From positions 590,705-654,704 of the forward strand of contig NW_003314354.1 of NCBI RefSeq assembly GCF_000143415.4: a stretch of 64,000 nucleotides of DNA, read 5' to 3'. The notes beneath the pieces are model-generated. The model saw nothing but the letters and a program-made list of their open reading frames with translations, did no database searches and was not told the origin of the DNA. Of this stretch, positions 14,906 through 27,174 are shown piece after piece; position 1 is the first letter of the stretch, and each line of letters starts with the position of its first letter. This DNA comes from Selaginella moellendorffii. Taxonomy: Eukaryota; Plantae; Lycopodiophyta. The translations under genes and the position numbers were made by a program.

Positions 14906-15771
14906 TCTTCAGTCCACTGATGACATTCCATGATACCACATTCTACTGCGGCTTCCTGCCAAGCACCATTATAGTTCAGGTGTGTTAATATATCTTGCTT
15001 CCCTCTTAAGAATGAACTTTTTTTTTTTTCCAGATTTGGAAAGCTAAGGAAAGACCCCGCAAGACTGGCTCAGCGTTGCACAAAGCTCATTAGCACTAGG
15101 TAGAATGGCACTTCTCATCGTACAAATGTTGAATTAAGTATGATTGTAGATTGTTGTCTGCATAATATGCCCTTCTGGTGGGGTTCTTATAAAGCAATGA
15201 GGGCAAGATGATACATGTAAAGCTCTCTGAAACTTACATGCCACAGTCAGCTTTGAAGTACAGGCCTTCTAATTTTTACAGAGAGGTTACCATCAATAAT
15301 TGACACCATCTAGTGTAAGAAATATATCTCGAGAGCAAATATAAATTACCATAACGTCAATACTTATAAGATCCTATCTTGGGGATTGAAGCAACACTAA
15401 TGTCAGGCTCAACTTTACTTGAGAGGGATGACCATCATAGTGAGAACCGATAGATCAAGCCAGAATCTGTGTAGTCTTTTGCCAAGACGTACAAGGACGT
15501 TGCTAGTAATGCATCTTATAATCAGGAAACATCCGCATAAAGCATTCCGAAGTATTCGTAAGTATTACACCTACAAAGTCTATTTCCTTAAATTCCTTTT
15601 TAAAAAATAAACTAATTTAATCTTTTCGTTTAGTGAGTTTCGTTGGGCCCTCCATTCCCTTTAAAACAACCATCCCTGGTGTTAAATTACCAGTTTCTCT
15701 CTGGAAATCCTCACCCTCTTGGTCGACCAATGTGAGTTCGAATGATGCATTTGCTTGTTATGGCTAGCCTC

Positions 15772-17886
15772 TTAATAAATTCCGCTCAAAAGCTGCAACG
15801 CAGTGAAAGACCTTTTCATGAAAACATAAACATTAAAGTTACCTCCTTTGTCTTTTGACAACGGGCTTTGATACTATCAATTAGTTGTTGTGTCGTCAAG
15901 TTAGCCTGTAATCACATGTTGTGGTGAAAGACAAAAATGTCAATGCAGCTTACTCGATGGCTGGGATGCACATCAGAGTGGTGACCTGAACAGATATTGA
16001 TTGAGTATGTGATGTCTAATTCCACGTACAAATGCAGATGAAGGCTTACGTAAGTTCATATTGCTTATGTCCCGGATAGGCTCGTCAACCTTTCTACCAG
16101 ACCGCAACTCAAATTCTGCCAATAGAACAGGAGAGGGTGAATGAAAACCTTAAAAATAACATACGAAAACGTGGTGAATGCTTTTTGCAGAACTGTATAT
16201 TTTTCTCCGGGCTCTGACGGGCCTGTAAAATAATATAACTTCAGGCAGATACGATATGGGGCTTACCTTTGGAAAAAAGGATTTCTCAAGAAGTCTTATA
16301 CGGCTCTCCAAAGTACAAAATCTTGCCTGTGATAGTAAATGGAGTTAGTAACAGCAACTGAACTTTTCTATTACCTCTAATGTTTGAGTCGTCTTTGAAA
16401 GGCTTTCTTCCAGGGTGCTGAAGCGAGACCCCAGCTTCTCGGCTATTTCGCCCTGGTAGACGCTTGGTTGAGCACAAAGAAATGCTCGCGTTGATCAAAC
16501 TTACTATTTTCAGCTTGATCTCGTCATAGCAGGAAGTAATGGCTGCAACATTCTTTGAAACCACCGGGGCTGCTTCATCATCTTCCGACGTTGATGGAGA
16601 AATAGAACACTTTCTCGAAGTCATTTCTGAACTCAGGGACTTATGGGTGTCCATCGTTCTTGGAAGAGATGCATCTGGACTTTTCCTTATTCCGCGATCG
16701 AGCTCTCTTGGAAGACTCGAGTCGATACCTCCAATCTAGCATTTTTAGACAAAGTAAATCCTTAATATACCTTAATATTTCGTTTACCTGTGTTGGTGAT
16801 TTGACCTGAAAATCAGCTTCTGCTTGTTTTTCGTTATCAGGTATGTAACACGGGCTCGACCTGTCTTCCATCTGCACATGATGTAAATAGCTTCGCAGTT
16901 TAGACACCTAATTTGTTATTAACCTCGTCGTGGTCGGCCTGTATGCCTGGCTGCTCGAAAGTTAGGCGAGGTGTCGGAGAGAGCTGTCACATGCAGGAGA
17001 TAGGGAGAAACTCTTGAGAGTGAAAACATACCTCGATGGCGAGCTTACACATTTTACTTATAGACGGCAATTTATTCTTGCATCTTGGAGATGAGGTGGT
17101 CTTGATTCTAAGAGACGGACTTTTGCGTTCCTGGAGCCAAAACGTGAATAGGACTGATAAAGTAAAGAAAAGAAAACAGAAACACCTCGTTGACCTCTTC
17201 ATTTCTGGAGATCCTTTTATGCCTCGAGGACATGACAGATTCTGACTAATACAAGAGAATAGTGACAATTGATAATGCATAAGATACCTTTTTAGTTACA
17301 CCTGCCCGTCGGGACTCTTTTAACAACTCATTATGCTTCCTTTTGCAGCACTGCTCATATTCTATTCAAGATAAGCGTCACAAGGAGTTTAACAAACCTG
17401 GACGACATCATGGACAAATATCATCTTTCTTTCTGAGAAACCTTTCGAGAATATCTAGCAGTGAAGAGGTCAGGTGCGTCTTGATGTCCATGTCATTGTT
17501 ACCTGTGCCAGCGTCAAGGAACATCTATATCCAAACTCAGTCCGGAGAAACTTCAAGATGCACTCTATGAATCTCTGTTAGCAAAAATTAGTAGTGTACT
17601 ATCTCTAGCTTTTGCTTGGTCGCACCAGGTCACTTTTCGCGTATAATTCATAGCCATTCGTTGAGAGATACCTGAAAACATGCCTGGAATAACCTAACAG
17701 CGCGTGATGGAGTAGTGGAAGAACAGCCGATGGAAGTCCCATTCTCAGGCTGCAACAAAAGCATGAGACTCCAAATCATCTTGTAATATGACCGTACCCT
17801 TGGTTGTCGATTGCGTGTGGGTAGGAAACAGATCGGAGCTGCGCCTTCAGTCGCTCTAGGTTTCCTTCAACATCTCCTGTTGCCAT
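15772..17886 (-). CDS. CEP44: Centrosomal protein CEP44 homolog (multi-exon)
   Basis: Hand-spliced with GT-AG introns: MATGDVEGNLERLKAQLRSVSYPHAIDNQG/LRMGLPSAVLPLLHHALLGYSRHVFRYLSTNGYELYAKSDL/RFIECILKFLRTEFGYRCSLTLAQ/IFSKGFSERKMIFVHDVVQ/CCKRKHNEL. This matches my recollection of the CEP44 N-terminal domain (MATGD, YP, YS, EL.AK.D.RFI, GF.E.K, KH.EL). Low-complexity middle; last exons LTTQQLIDSIKARCQKTKE/LLSGIY*. Confidence 0.85.
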
Positions 17887-18088
17887 GGCTGCCCTAGGCC
17901 TAGCTCTGTTTGCATTTGCAAAACATCACTGAATCAAGAGCTCAGGCAGCAAGGCTCAAGAAATGTGCCAAGGAACGAATATCCCGCCCATTATCCCCTC
18001 CTCACTCTAAGTCGTCCGGCTTGATATCCAACGGTCTTTAGAAAGGCGGGTCAGTTGGAATCTTTTCCGAAAGCAAAGACTCCTCTAT
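17887..18088. promoter_or_regulatory. Putative bidirectional promoter between the CEP44-like gene and CAPE
   Basis: About 200 bp between two divergent coding starts. Contains AACGGTC at 18030-18036 (GACCGTT on the minus strand, a MYB-type site). Confidence 0.55.
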
Positions 18089-21000
18089 ATGGTAAGTGCC
18101 TCTCTTACGTCAAGAAGCATTCCCTCAGAGTAGTGTGGTAATGGCAGGAGCACAAGAGACCGTCGATTATAAGGATCTCCAAGCCAAGGCACAGTCTATT
18201 GATACAGGAAGAGGTTCTGGCTGCAAAAGTGGATGTGGTGGGGCGTCATGAACTAGAAGGCCTGTGGCAGGAGCTGGATTCCTGGTCTTTCGATATTTTC
18301 AAGGTTGCAACTGAGGACCTGCCGAAGGTCTGTCAATACTGTCCCTTTGCGCCTCAAAAGATTTAACCTTGCGCAGATGGCAGAAAGAATATTTGTAAAC
18401 CTGGGCCTGTTAACGACTTTACCTCTGGACGTCCAGAAATTAAAAGCTTTCATTGAGTGTGTAGGTGTCGAATACTTTTTCTTGTTCTCGATTGGGCGCT
18501 CCTTCCCTTGTTCTCCTCTCTACACAGATGATGGCACAATATCGCGCACATGTTCCATTTCACAACTTCCGGCATGCGTGCGATGTCCTACATGCTATGT
18601 AAGCGCCCAGAAGCTGTCGTACTAAAGTTTTTCTGGTTGATTACCAGGTATTTGTTTCTTAAATTAGGAGGAGCGGATGAGAAGTTTAACGAACTTGAAA
18701 AGCTTGCTCTTTGCATAAGTGCATTGTGTCACGATGTTGATCATCCAGGGCTTACAAACTCTTTTCTTGTTGCTTGTAATGATCCTCTTGCTATTCGATA
18801 CAATGACTTATCTGTATTAGAAAATCATCATGCTTCGATCACGGTGAAGGCACTGACGGTATAAAGCATTTTTTCTCGTAATAAAGATGTGATTTTTCTG
18901 TATAGGGGTACGAGTCCATGAACATTCTAGGAATATTTCCTGACTCAGAACAAAGACACATTCGTAAGCTTATTGTGTCTTGTATTCTTGCGACGGACAT
19001 GGCTTACCATGGCGCTGTTGTTCAGAGCTTCAGTTTAAGAAGCAAGGAAGTAGGCTCATTCCATGCTTCTTCTCGTTATGAGTACCAGCCACCTCCACCG
19101 CCCAAAAAGGTCCCGTGCAAGGTTACAGGGATATTTGAAATGGAGGAGCAACAAGAAGAACCAGCATTGTTGTTTCCTCAAGTGACGAAAGAACACAGGA
19201 GCAGCGACGATGTTCTGCTTCTTATGAAAGTGATTATGAAATGTTCAGATATTAGCAACACTATCAGACCTTATCCACTCTCCAAGAAGTGGGCTGCTTT
19301 GCTGCTTCTAGAATGGTTTAGACAAGGGGACGTAGAAAGGAGGTTAGGAATGGAAATATCAAGAAATATGAACAGGAACGATCCAGACTCTTTACAGTAG
19401 GGACAACCTTTCTTGCGTATTTTGCCAATAAATGACGTTTGCAGCTTCTGACAGGTCGATGACACTTGGCTGCATTGACGCCTTTTCAATACCAATGTAC
19501 GAAGCTGTAGCACGAGTATTACCAAAGCTGAAAAACAATGTTTTACCAAATCTTGCTTCGAATCGGGAGTCCTGGATGTCTTTTTCAACAGCTGGACCGA
19601 TAGAACAGGTTATACTTCTGTTGTGAATTATGCTATCACATCCATTGCCATGCAGGAAGTGCAAGTTATACTTGGTTCCTTTTTTCCCATTGAAGGTGAC
19701 GACGAGCAACAGAGGCAATCGACGTCGAAGTCAGGAGCTAGATCGTCACAGACAGGGCAATCAACGATGCCAGAGTCCGCTCAATCCTCCGAAGGCCACA
19801 GGGTTTCTGAGATTAAAAAGGCTAGCGTGACAACGCACACGAGTCCTGGGAATGAAAGGCCCCTGAGCCTCCTCTTTGGAGCTCCGCTGGGCAGAGACGT
19901 GAATACGTTAGCATCAGAATTGGCGTGGAACACTACTCTACGGGACTCTTCACTGAGAGTCAATTTAGTCCCATCCACAAGAAGGTCTCATTCTTCCGGA
20001 AGCATTGGATCGCTACAGCTAGGTCCTGGACAAACAGTGCCAAGTGAGAGAGGCTCTTCACTTGCTGGTACTATAAATGACGAAATGGACTACAGACATG
20101 AAACATCGTTATCTTTGGATCGTATTGACGTTGACAAAGGACCTGTGGGATTTTTCACAAGGCTTCGTGCGCGTGGCGTAGCCATCAGGGTCAGTCAAGT
20201 GCTGGACAGCAGGGTTTGGGCGCACTTTGTGGCCATTCCTGCTACACTGATTGCGCTCTTCTTAAATGATTTTAGCAGGGCATTTCTACCGAAGTCGTTA
20301 GACACGTTCGTGGATGTGGTTTACGTCATCTGTCTGTTCCTCTTCTTGCTTGACCTTGTTGCACTGTCAGTACTAAAGCCAGCCTATCTTTTCAGCTTCG
20401 CCTTTTGGTAGGTATGTGATTTCTCGTCATAGTTGGACATCGTTTATACTAACATGCCATTGTTAGTAAGGCTCGATCTTGTTGGAAGCCTTACTCTACT
20501 TCCATATATGTTTGATCTCATTAGGCAGAACCTCATTGTTGCTAGAGTCTGGAAAGCAGCAGAATCTCTAAGTCGCCTTGCAAAAAAGCTTCAAAACCGG
20601 AGCGCGAAGGTTCCAAGCGCTTTCCTGATTGCTCGGCTAGCAAAGGTATGCATAGATTGGCTGACACTAACAGACGTTTGTAATCCGTCTGTATAGGCTG
20701 TATTTTACCACTGCATTCGCCCTTTAGAGTCCAAGGCCAGAGACGATAAAGAGACGACCGAAGATTCTTCAAATCAGTTTATGTCTTCGAAGCCTAGTTA
20801 TCTATGGTTGAGACTATCAGATTTGCAATCTCAGAGGCTTGTTCTTGGCATCCTCATCTTAGCCATAGCATTACCATATTTTTACCAGCTCCCTGATGAC
20901 CTCGCTCCCACGCTGGCTCTCGCTGCACTTGACTCCAGTCCCCTGTACACACTGAGGTTTAACACCAGCCTTATAAATTTGAACCAGTTCAACAACCAGC

Positions 21001-22729
21001 ATGACTACGCAATTATCTACTTGGGATGTAGAGATGGATGTGCCCAAGGCTATTGCAGCGGGTACGAGTTTTCTGAAGGCGATCCTTTTATTCAAGTGGT
21101 TCCGCCCATTGAAGCAGGTCGTGATGCAAAGTCGGATGTGACATCTAAGTATCGAGATGAAGAACTTATCAAGGTTAAGAGTGACTCTAGACGCTGCGAG
21201 GCATTTTATTCGATTCGTAAACGAAGCCGGAAAAACCACGTACTAAACGTAAGTACTGGTTTCTTGTTCGTATCCAGTAGCTTGAAACATTGGGTGGAGC
21301 AGATGGGGCTGACGTTGCTTATTTTGTGCATCTTGTCTGCTTTATCGTTCCTTTTAAGCTGGGATACCAACAATTTATTGGTTCAGGTGCGTCTTAAGCT
21401 CACTCCGATCTGTTATTCACAGGAGCATTTCAGCCCATTGAAAGAATGGTAAACTTTATCAAGGAGCTTGCAGACAACCCAGGTGCATTCGTGGGGAAGT
21501 CTATTTCCCGAAAGTCCAGGGGAAAATCAGGAAAGGTCGTATGCTAATTAGAGGTTCCTGGCTAATAGATTTCAATGACAGGTCATGGAGACGAGAATGC
21601 TTGAGGGAGCCTTGGTGAAGATCGCAAGCCTGAGCAAAGTGGCTCTTGGGGATGCTGGAATGGACATTCTTTCCGTCAACCTTAAGGGAGCCGAATTTAA
21701 TCGTGAGTTGGCCCTTTCTATACCTTGATCATTTGTCATCCTTCTGTGCACAGCCATGGTTCCAGGTAAGAAGATACGTGCCTGTTTTGGCTTTTGTGAC
21801 ATCAGGAACTTCACTGACGCGACTGAGTGCCTGCAAGAAGATGTTATGATGTTTGTGAATAAAATAGCAGATGTAGTACATAGCAAGGCTATTATGCACA
21901 ATGGGTTTCCAAACAAGAATGTGGGCGATGCCTTTCTAGTCGTATGGAAAAAGACCATGTCTGACGGTGCACAAAAGGTGGAATGTCCTCTTTCTGCTCT
22001 TTCCTGTCAGGAATGTATTTTCTGGTTTCCAGTCAAAAGGTTCTTCGTTTGCGGACAGGGCACTCATATCATTTCTGGATGTCATTCAAGCTTTAGAATT
22101 GTCTGAAGTATTGCACGAATATGCGATGCATCCGGCCATCCAGCAGCGGATGCCAGGTACGTCTCATAATGGTCCTTCCTTGCAGTAAAGATAAGTGGAA
22201 TCATTATTTTCACCTAGGATACACAATCAAGATGGGTTTTGGCCTTCATGTTGGGTGGGCCATCGAAGGAGCCATCGGCTCATCGCACAAAGTGGACCCG
22301 TCGTATTTGTCTCCCCATGTCAACATGGCATCTAGGCTGGAAGCGGCAACCAAGCAATATGGAGTAATGATCTTGATATCAGAAACAGTGATTGCAAACC
22401 TTACAAAGAGTAGCCTTCGCGATTGCTGCCGGAAGCTGGACAGGGTGACCGTCAAGGGCAGTGCGGATCCCTTGACTCTGTACACGTATGACTTGCCAAT
22501 GTTTCAAAACGACCTTAAGGCCCTGTATGCGGATTACAAGAACATGTTTGAGGCAGCTGTGGACAGCTACATTGTTGGCAACTGGCACACTGCTCTGGAG
22601 AAGCTGAGAGAGTGTGTTAACCTGTGGCACTCGGACAGGCCGGCAAGACTGCTCACTTCATTCATGGGGTCACACAAGAACATGGTCCCGGCAAATTGGA
22701 AAGGCTACCGAGAGTTATTGGAGAAGTGA
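18089..22729 (+). CDS. CAPE: CAPE: N-terminal class I cyclic-nucleotide phosphodiesterase, membrane domain, C-terminal class III adenylyl cyclase
   Basis: PDE: DSWSFDIF, FHNFRHACDV, CHDVDHPGLTN, LENHH, LATDM, KCSDISN, EWFRQGD. AC: FGFCDIRNFT, KNVGDAF, GFGLHVGWAIEGAIGSSHKVDPSYLSPHVNMASRLE, VTVKG. Stop at 22727-22729. Start uncertain: ATG 18089 is followed by a GTAAGT donor spliced to 18148. Confidence 0.93.
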
Positions 22730-23468
22730 AACATATTTTTGATTTTTAAAATTGTTAGGATAAAAACTAAACTATCCATTGCATATGGCACACTTGAGGC
22801 AGTTGGGGATTACAGTGTCAGGCACTACAGTTTATAGAGGTGTTGAAGATGAGTTTTGATGAGTCCCTTAAATAATATTATCATTCTTATCATCATCATC
22901 ATCATACTCATATATTTAAATGAAATAGCTAGTATAATAATGGCATATGCTAGAGACATTTATTTTGGGCATATGCCAAAATCTAATGCTTGAGATTAAA
23001 CTAATTGGGATCCCTGCTCTTCTGGGGGAGATAGTACACCAAAGCATAATAAATTACTTAAGTTACAATTTTTATAACATTCATAAACAAATTTGTGGGG
23101 ACACTGAATGGCATTAGAGAGAATATATGTTAGATCTAAGAAATAATTAATAGTTCGTAGCAACAAACTATTATGGATCAAAGATGAAACATTAGTTATA
23201 AACACAATAATGGATTCATTCTTTAAAAGTAAGTTATATGGTGAATATGAACCATTAAATTATAGCAAAGAATAATCATATATGGGAAAAAATAAGTTTC
23301 TGTTATTGGTTAGTTAGTTGTGCAACTTTGGTTGTGCATGTATGTTGGACTTATATATAGTAAAGGGTACTTTGTGGCCAACATAGAAATAACATTTTAT
23401 AATAAGAAATTGAGAAAACTATCAATGTCTTAATTTACCATTCACTTGTAAGGTTGTCTTGAGCACAT

Positions 23469-23492
23469 ACACACACACACACACACACACAC
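23469..23492. repeat. (AC)12 microsatellite
   Basis: Directly visible. Confidence 0.95.
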
Positions 23493-24399
23493 TTTTTCTC
23501 CAACAATGGCAGAAAGAAATTTATAGATACTTGAGCTAGAACGTAATCAGTGTAAAAGTGGAATTCTCTCCCTACTTGAGTAGTTTAAATAAACAGTAAG
23601 CTTATTTTCATTAATAAAAAGAAAAAAGACATCAAAAATACTTTTGAGAACCATGTGTTTCCTTTTGGATTAACCATTAGGTTACAGCTGTATGAAAAGC
23701 TTTTCTCTTAGAGCGCATGTTTGCAATGATTAAGCTACATCAAGAGCATTTAACTTCATGAATTTGGGGAATTGCTGTGTTAATCACAGATTTAATGCCT
23801 TTTATAAAAATTAATATTAGCATAGAAAAAGTTTTATTTAGGGTTTATCTTTATCCTCCAAACAGTCTCAAAGAAATTAAAATAAAAAGATCGAAGATCT
23901 TTTATTAAAGGTTGAGATTGACATCTTTTAGGAGTGCTTTGATTAATTGATAAATAAAAGCTTTATTTTTCTTAATAAATTTATAAGATTTAGAAATATT
24001 TACAAAGGATTGTTGTTGTTTTATGGCTATGACATTATTTAGTATTATTACCATAGTAACTATTGAATTAGTTTTAATCCAGACCACTCACTCCTGTATA
24101 TAAGCTAGGGTTTTTGGGCTAATCAAATACACTTCTATATTCCATGCACCCATACTGATGGAGATGAGAAGCAATTTTGGTTCTCTTTGAGAAGTGCTTA
24201 AATTTATGTGTTTGGTTTAGTTTTTGCATTGTTTCGATCTCTCTTATTCTTGTAGCTTTTCCATTTCTTTCCATTTCCATTTCGGATAAACATTTTTAAT
24301 CTAATATAATTTTTATCAAACTCATTGCTACTAAAAATGTAATGTTATAATCTATAATTTTATGTTATTCTTTGAGCTAATACCTAATATTTTATTTTC

Positions 24400-25620
24400 T
24401 TTGAAATCTTCATATAACAGGGATATTATTAAGAAACAGATTTGATATTTATATATGTATGAGATAGCTTATACCATAATAGATACCATGTTATATATGA
24501 GACATGAATGCATAATTTTATTATAAAGCATACTACAGGTTTGTCTTAAAGCTTTACATGAGCTTTATCTTTTATTTCAATATTGTATTTTATCAATCCA
24601 TACATAATCATAAAGAAAATACCCTGTTAGTTCAAATGGTAAATTAAGTATTTTAGAAAAAAATGTTAATGGTTTCAAAATAGAGTAAAATTATATATCA
24701 CATTTGTAAGAAAAATACAACTGAGTTGGTAAATATAGAAAATTATTTTATTAAATATTTATATTAGATATTTTATTAAAAAAATATAAAACATGTGTAA
24801 AACCTTTCTAACCAGAATATAAGTTACCAATAGATCAAGAGTATGTAACACTTTTTGTAACTTATAATATATAAGATAACTACTATGAAAGTTAAATGAT
24901 GAAGCGATAAAATATTAGAGAAAGAAAACTTAGAATAAGAAGAAAGAAATTTTATAAAAATCAAATTTTAAAATATTAAAAAGACCGGTCTATATGAACT
25001 TCTTATGAAAACTGATTTAGGTTAAAAATTAGTAGAACAACTCCAAAATTAAATATCTAGATTGTAGGCAATAAAGCTGAAAATTATAAACTATGGTTCA
25101 TTAGGATTATAATTAGGTAATATCATGCTAGAAGTTATGATATCAAAATCTCTAAGTTTGAAATTTTGAAAATTTTTCTACAAGATTGTCTCTTGCTGAA
25201 GAATTTTAAATCATATATAGCTAAAAATCTAGAAACATTTAATTTAAATATAAAATAACTATTAGATTATTAAAAAATACTTACTATTCAGAAATTATCT
25301 AAAGGAGAACATTATTATTGAAAACTTTGATTATAAGAAATGTTAATAATTTTATTATAAACTTAGATCTAGCACATTACTATTTATGTAATATTTTTTT
25401 ATTTTTTTTCATGATAGTATATTTAAAATAATTTAGCAACATCATCAAAATATAGTAAAATTTAAGGTTAGTTTTATTTAAATTTATTTTAAAATAATAT
25501 GTATTGTTTTATTAATATTATCAATTGTGAATAAATTGTTGTTATTGATTTTTATCCTCTCTAATTCTTCATTCTCTAAATTAGATTGTTAATATTTTTA
25601 TTATAAAGAACATTAAAATA
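24400..25620 (-). mobile_element. AT-eroded dispersed repeat, probable LINE reverse-transcriptase relic
   Basis: 24850-25620 aligns by eye with 63085-63830. Minus strand keeps PK...SYRPVFL (in the other copy IYPK*...S*KPVFL), like the LINE LIPK...WRPISL motif. Confidence 0.45.
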
Positions 25621-27174
25621 AATAGATAAACTTATAATTAACATATATAACATATATATTATAACCTATAAAAAATATTTCTTTAAATGAATTTTTTTAA
25701 TAAACTTACAATTCACATATATATAGATTTAATTTATATTAATTCTGAGTTTGATATGTTTTGAGGATTTTATAAGTTAGAATAATTTTCTTAAGTCTTC
25801 ATAAGTAGGGTTTTCTGGCAAAATAATGTTATTTTTGAGATATTCTTAAGAATTGCATGTTTGGAATATATACATCACCAGAGATTTTTCTAAATAGCAA
25901 AAAACAAATTTACTTTTCGATATAAATAGTAATATTGTTTTCATAAGATTAGCAACCTTCCTTGTTCTTTCTTGCTTCAAATACCGAATCTATTATATGG
26001 TTTTTCTTTAACGTCCTTCTTTAGGCCAACTATCAATGTCTTTTTTTTTCAATATTCAAAATTCATTATTCTGTAATGGCTTACTACAAGGTCTCATCTT
26101 CTCTCATTTGCAATAATGTGTTAGCTTAGACTATTGAAATAGGAGATTGTGACCCTAGGAGACCATTATTTTCATGAACATACGATATTAGTTTTTGTAG
26201 CAGTGGATTGTAACACATTTGTTAAGGACCATTTGATAATAAGATTGAAATGGTGACCTTTGTGGCCTGAACTTATGTTTCTATGCTCCCTGCCACCACA
26301 AGCCATTCTAAGGAAGCTCCTGAATCTAGTGTCAGGCAATGTAACTGATGTTAGATCTTTTCCTCTTGCAAGGATATGTGTCTGTCTAGGTATTCACAAA
26401 GGTGATGATTCCAATTCTATTCTTCTTCCACATTTTGTCTTGGGTGATTCATTTATCTGATTTCATTATTTGAGAGTGAAGTGGCAAGAGACTGACATCT
26501 TTATGAAATATCTAATTGTATCATTCCGACCTTGTAAGCATTGTTTTGTAGTCAAGCAAAGCCACAAAGCCTACAACAGGCAGTACAATGTACTACTATT
26601 TAACTATTTATTAGAGCAAGAAAATATCGTACTACACCTTATAGTTTCTCATTCCCTAGACATTCCTCAGATGCTGCTCGTAGAATTCCAGAAGTTGTAA
26701 CTTGACTACCATAAAACATGAAAGAAGAAGTGAAAAAGTACCATTCATGTTTTAAAGGTTTTCTTCCATTATTGAAAGATATCCAGAAAAAGTTAACACT
26801 TCAGAGCCTCACATGCACCTCATAAATTTCCCTTAAAGAGATGATGTGCAGTTCTATGGTTCTTTAAGAATACCTGCCAGTTTGAATCTGTCTTGAACAT
26901 GTCTTCGTTAGGTCCATTGGAGCAAAGGGTAAACATAAATGCAGAGTTTTCATAAATAGCATTTCCTTCCAAAATACAGAAGCGACTGGGATGAATTAGA
27001 ATAGTGGAGGCATGAGAATACAAAGGGTATCATCTTGTATGAGGTACAATTCAGTAGAATACGTTTTTCTTTTTTAAATTACAGAAGTTTTGAAACTTTT
27101 ACAGAATAGTCTGGATGTGGCCTAAAGAAGAAAGATTGTATGAAGGAAAGTTTGTATGGAATTGTAAATGTTTA

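Noticed and set aside
18089-22729. PDE-AC fusion as a brand-new architecture or bacterial transfer
   Set aside because: The fusion is the established CAPE family and has spliceosomal introns. Only its context and sub-features are flagged.
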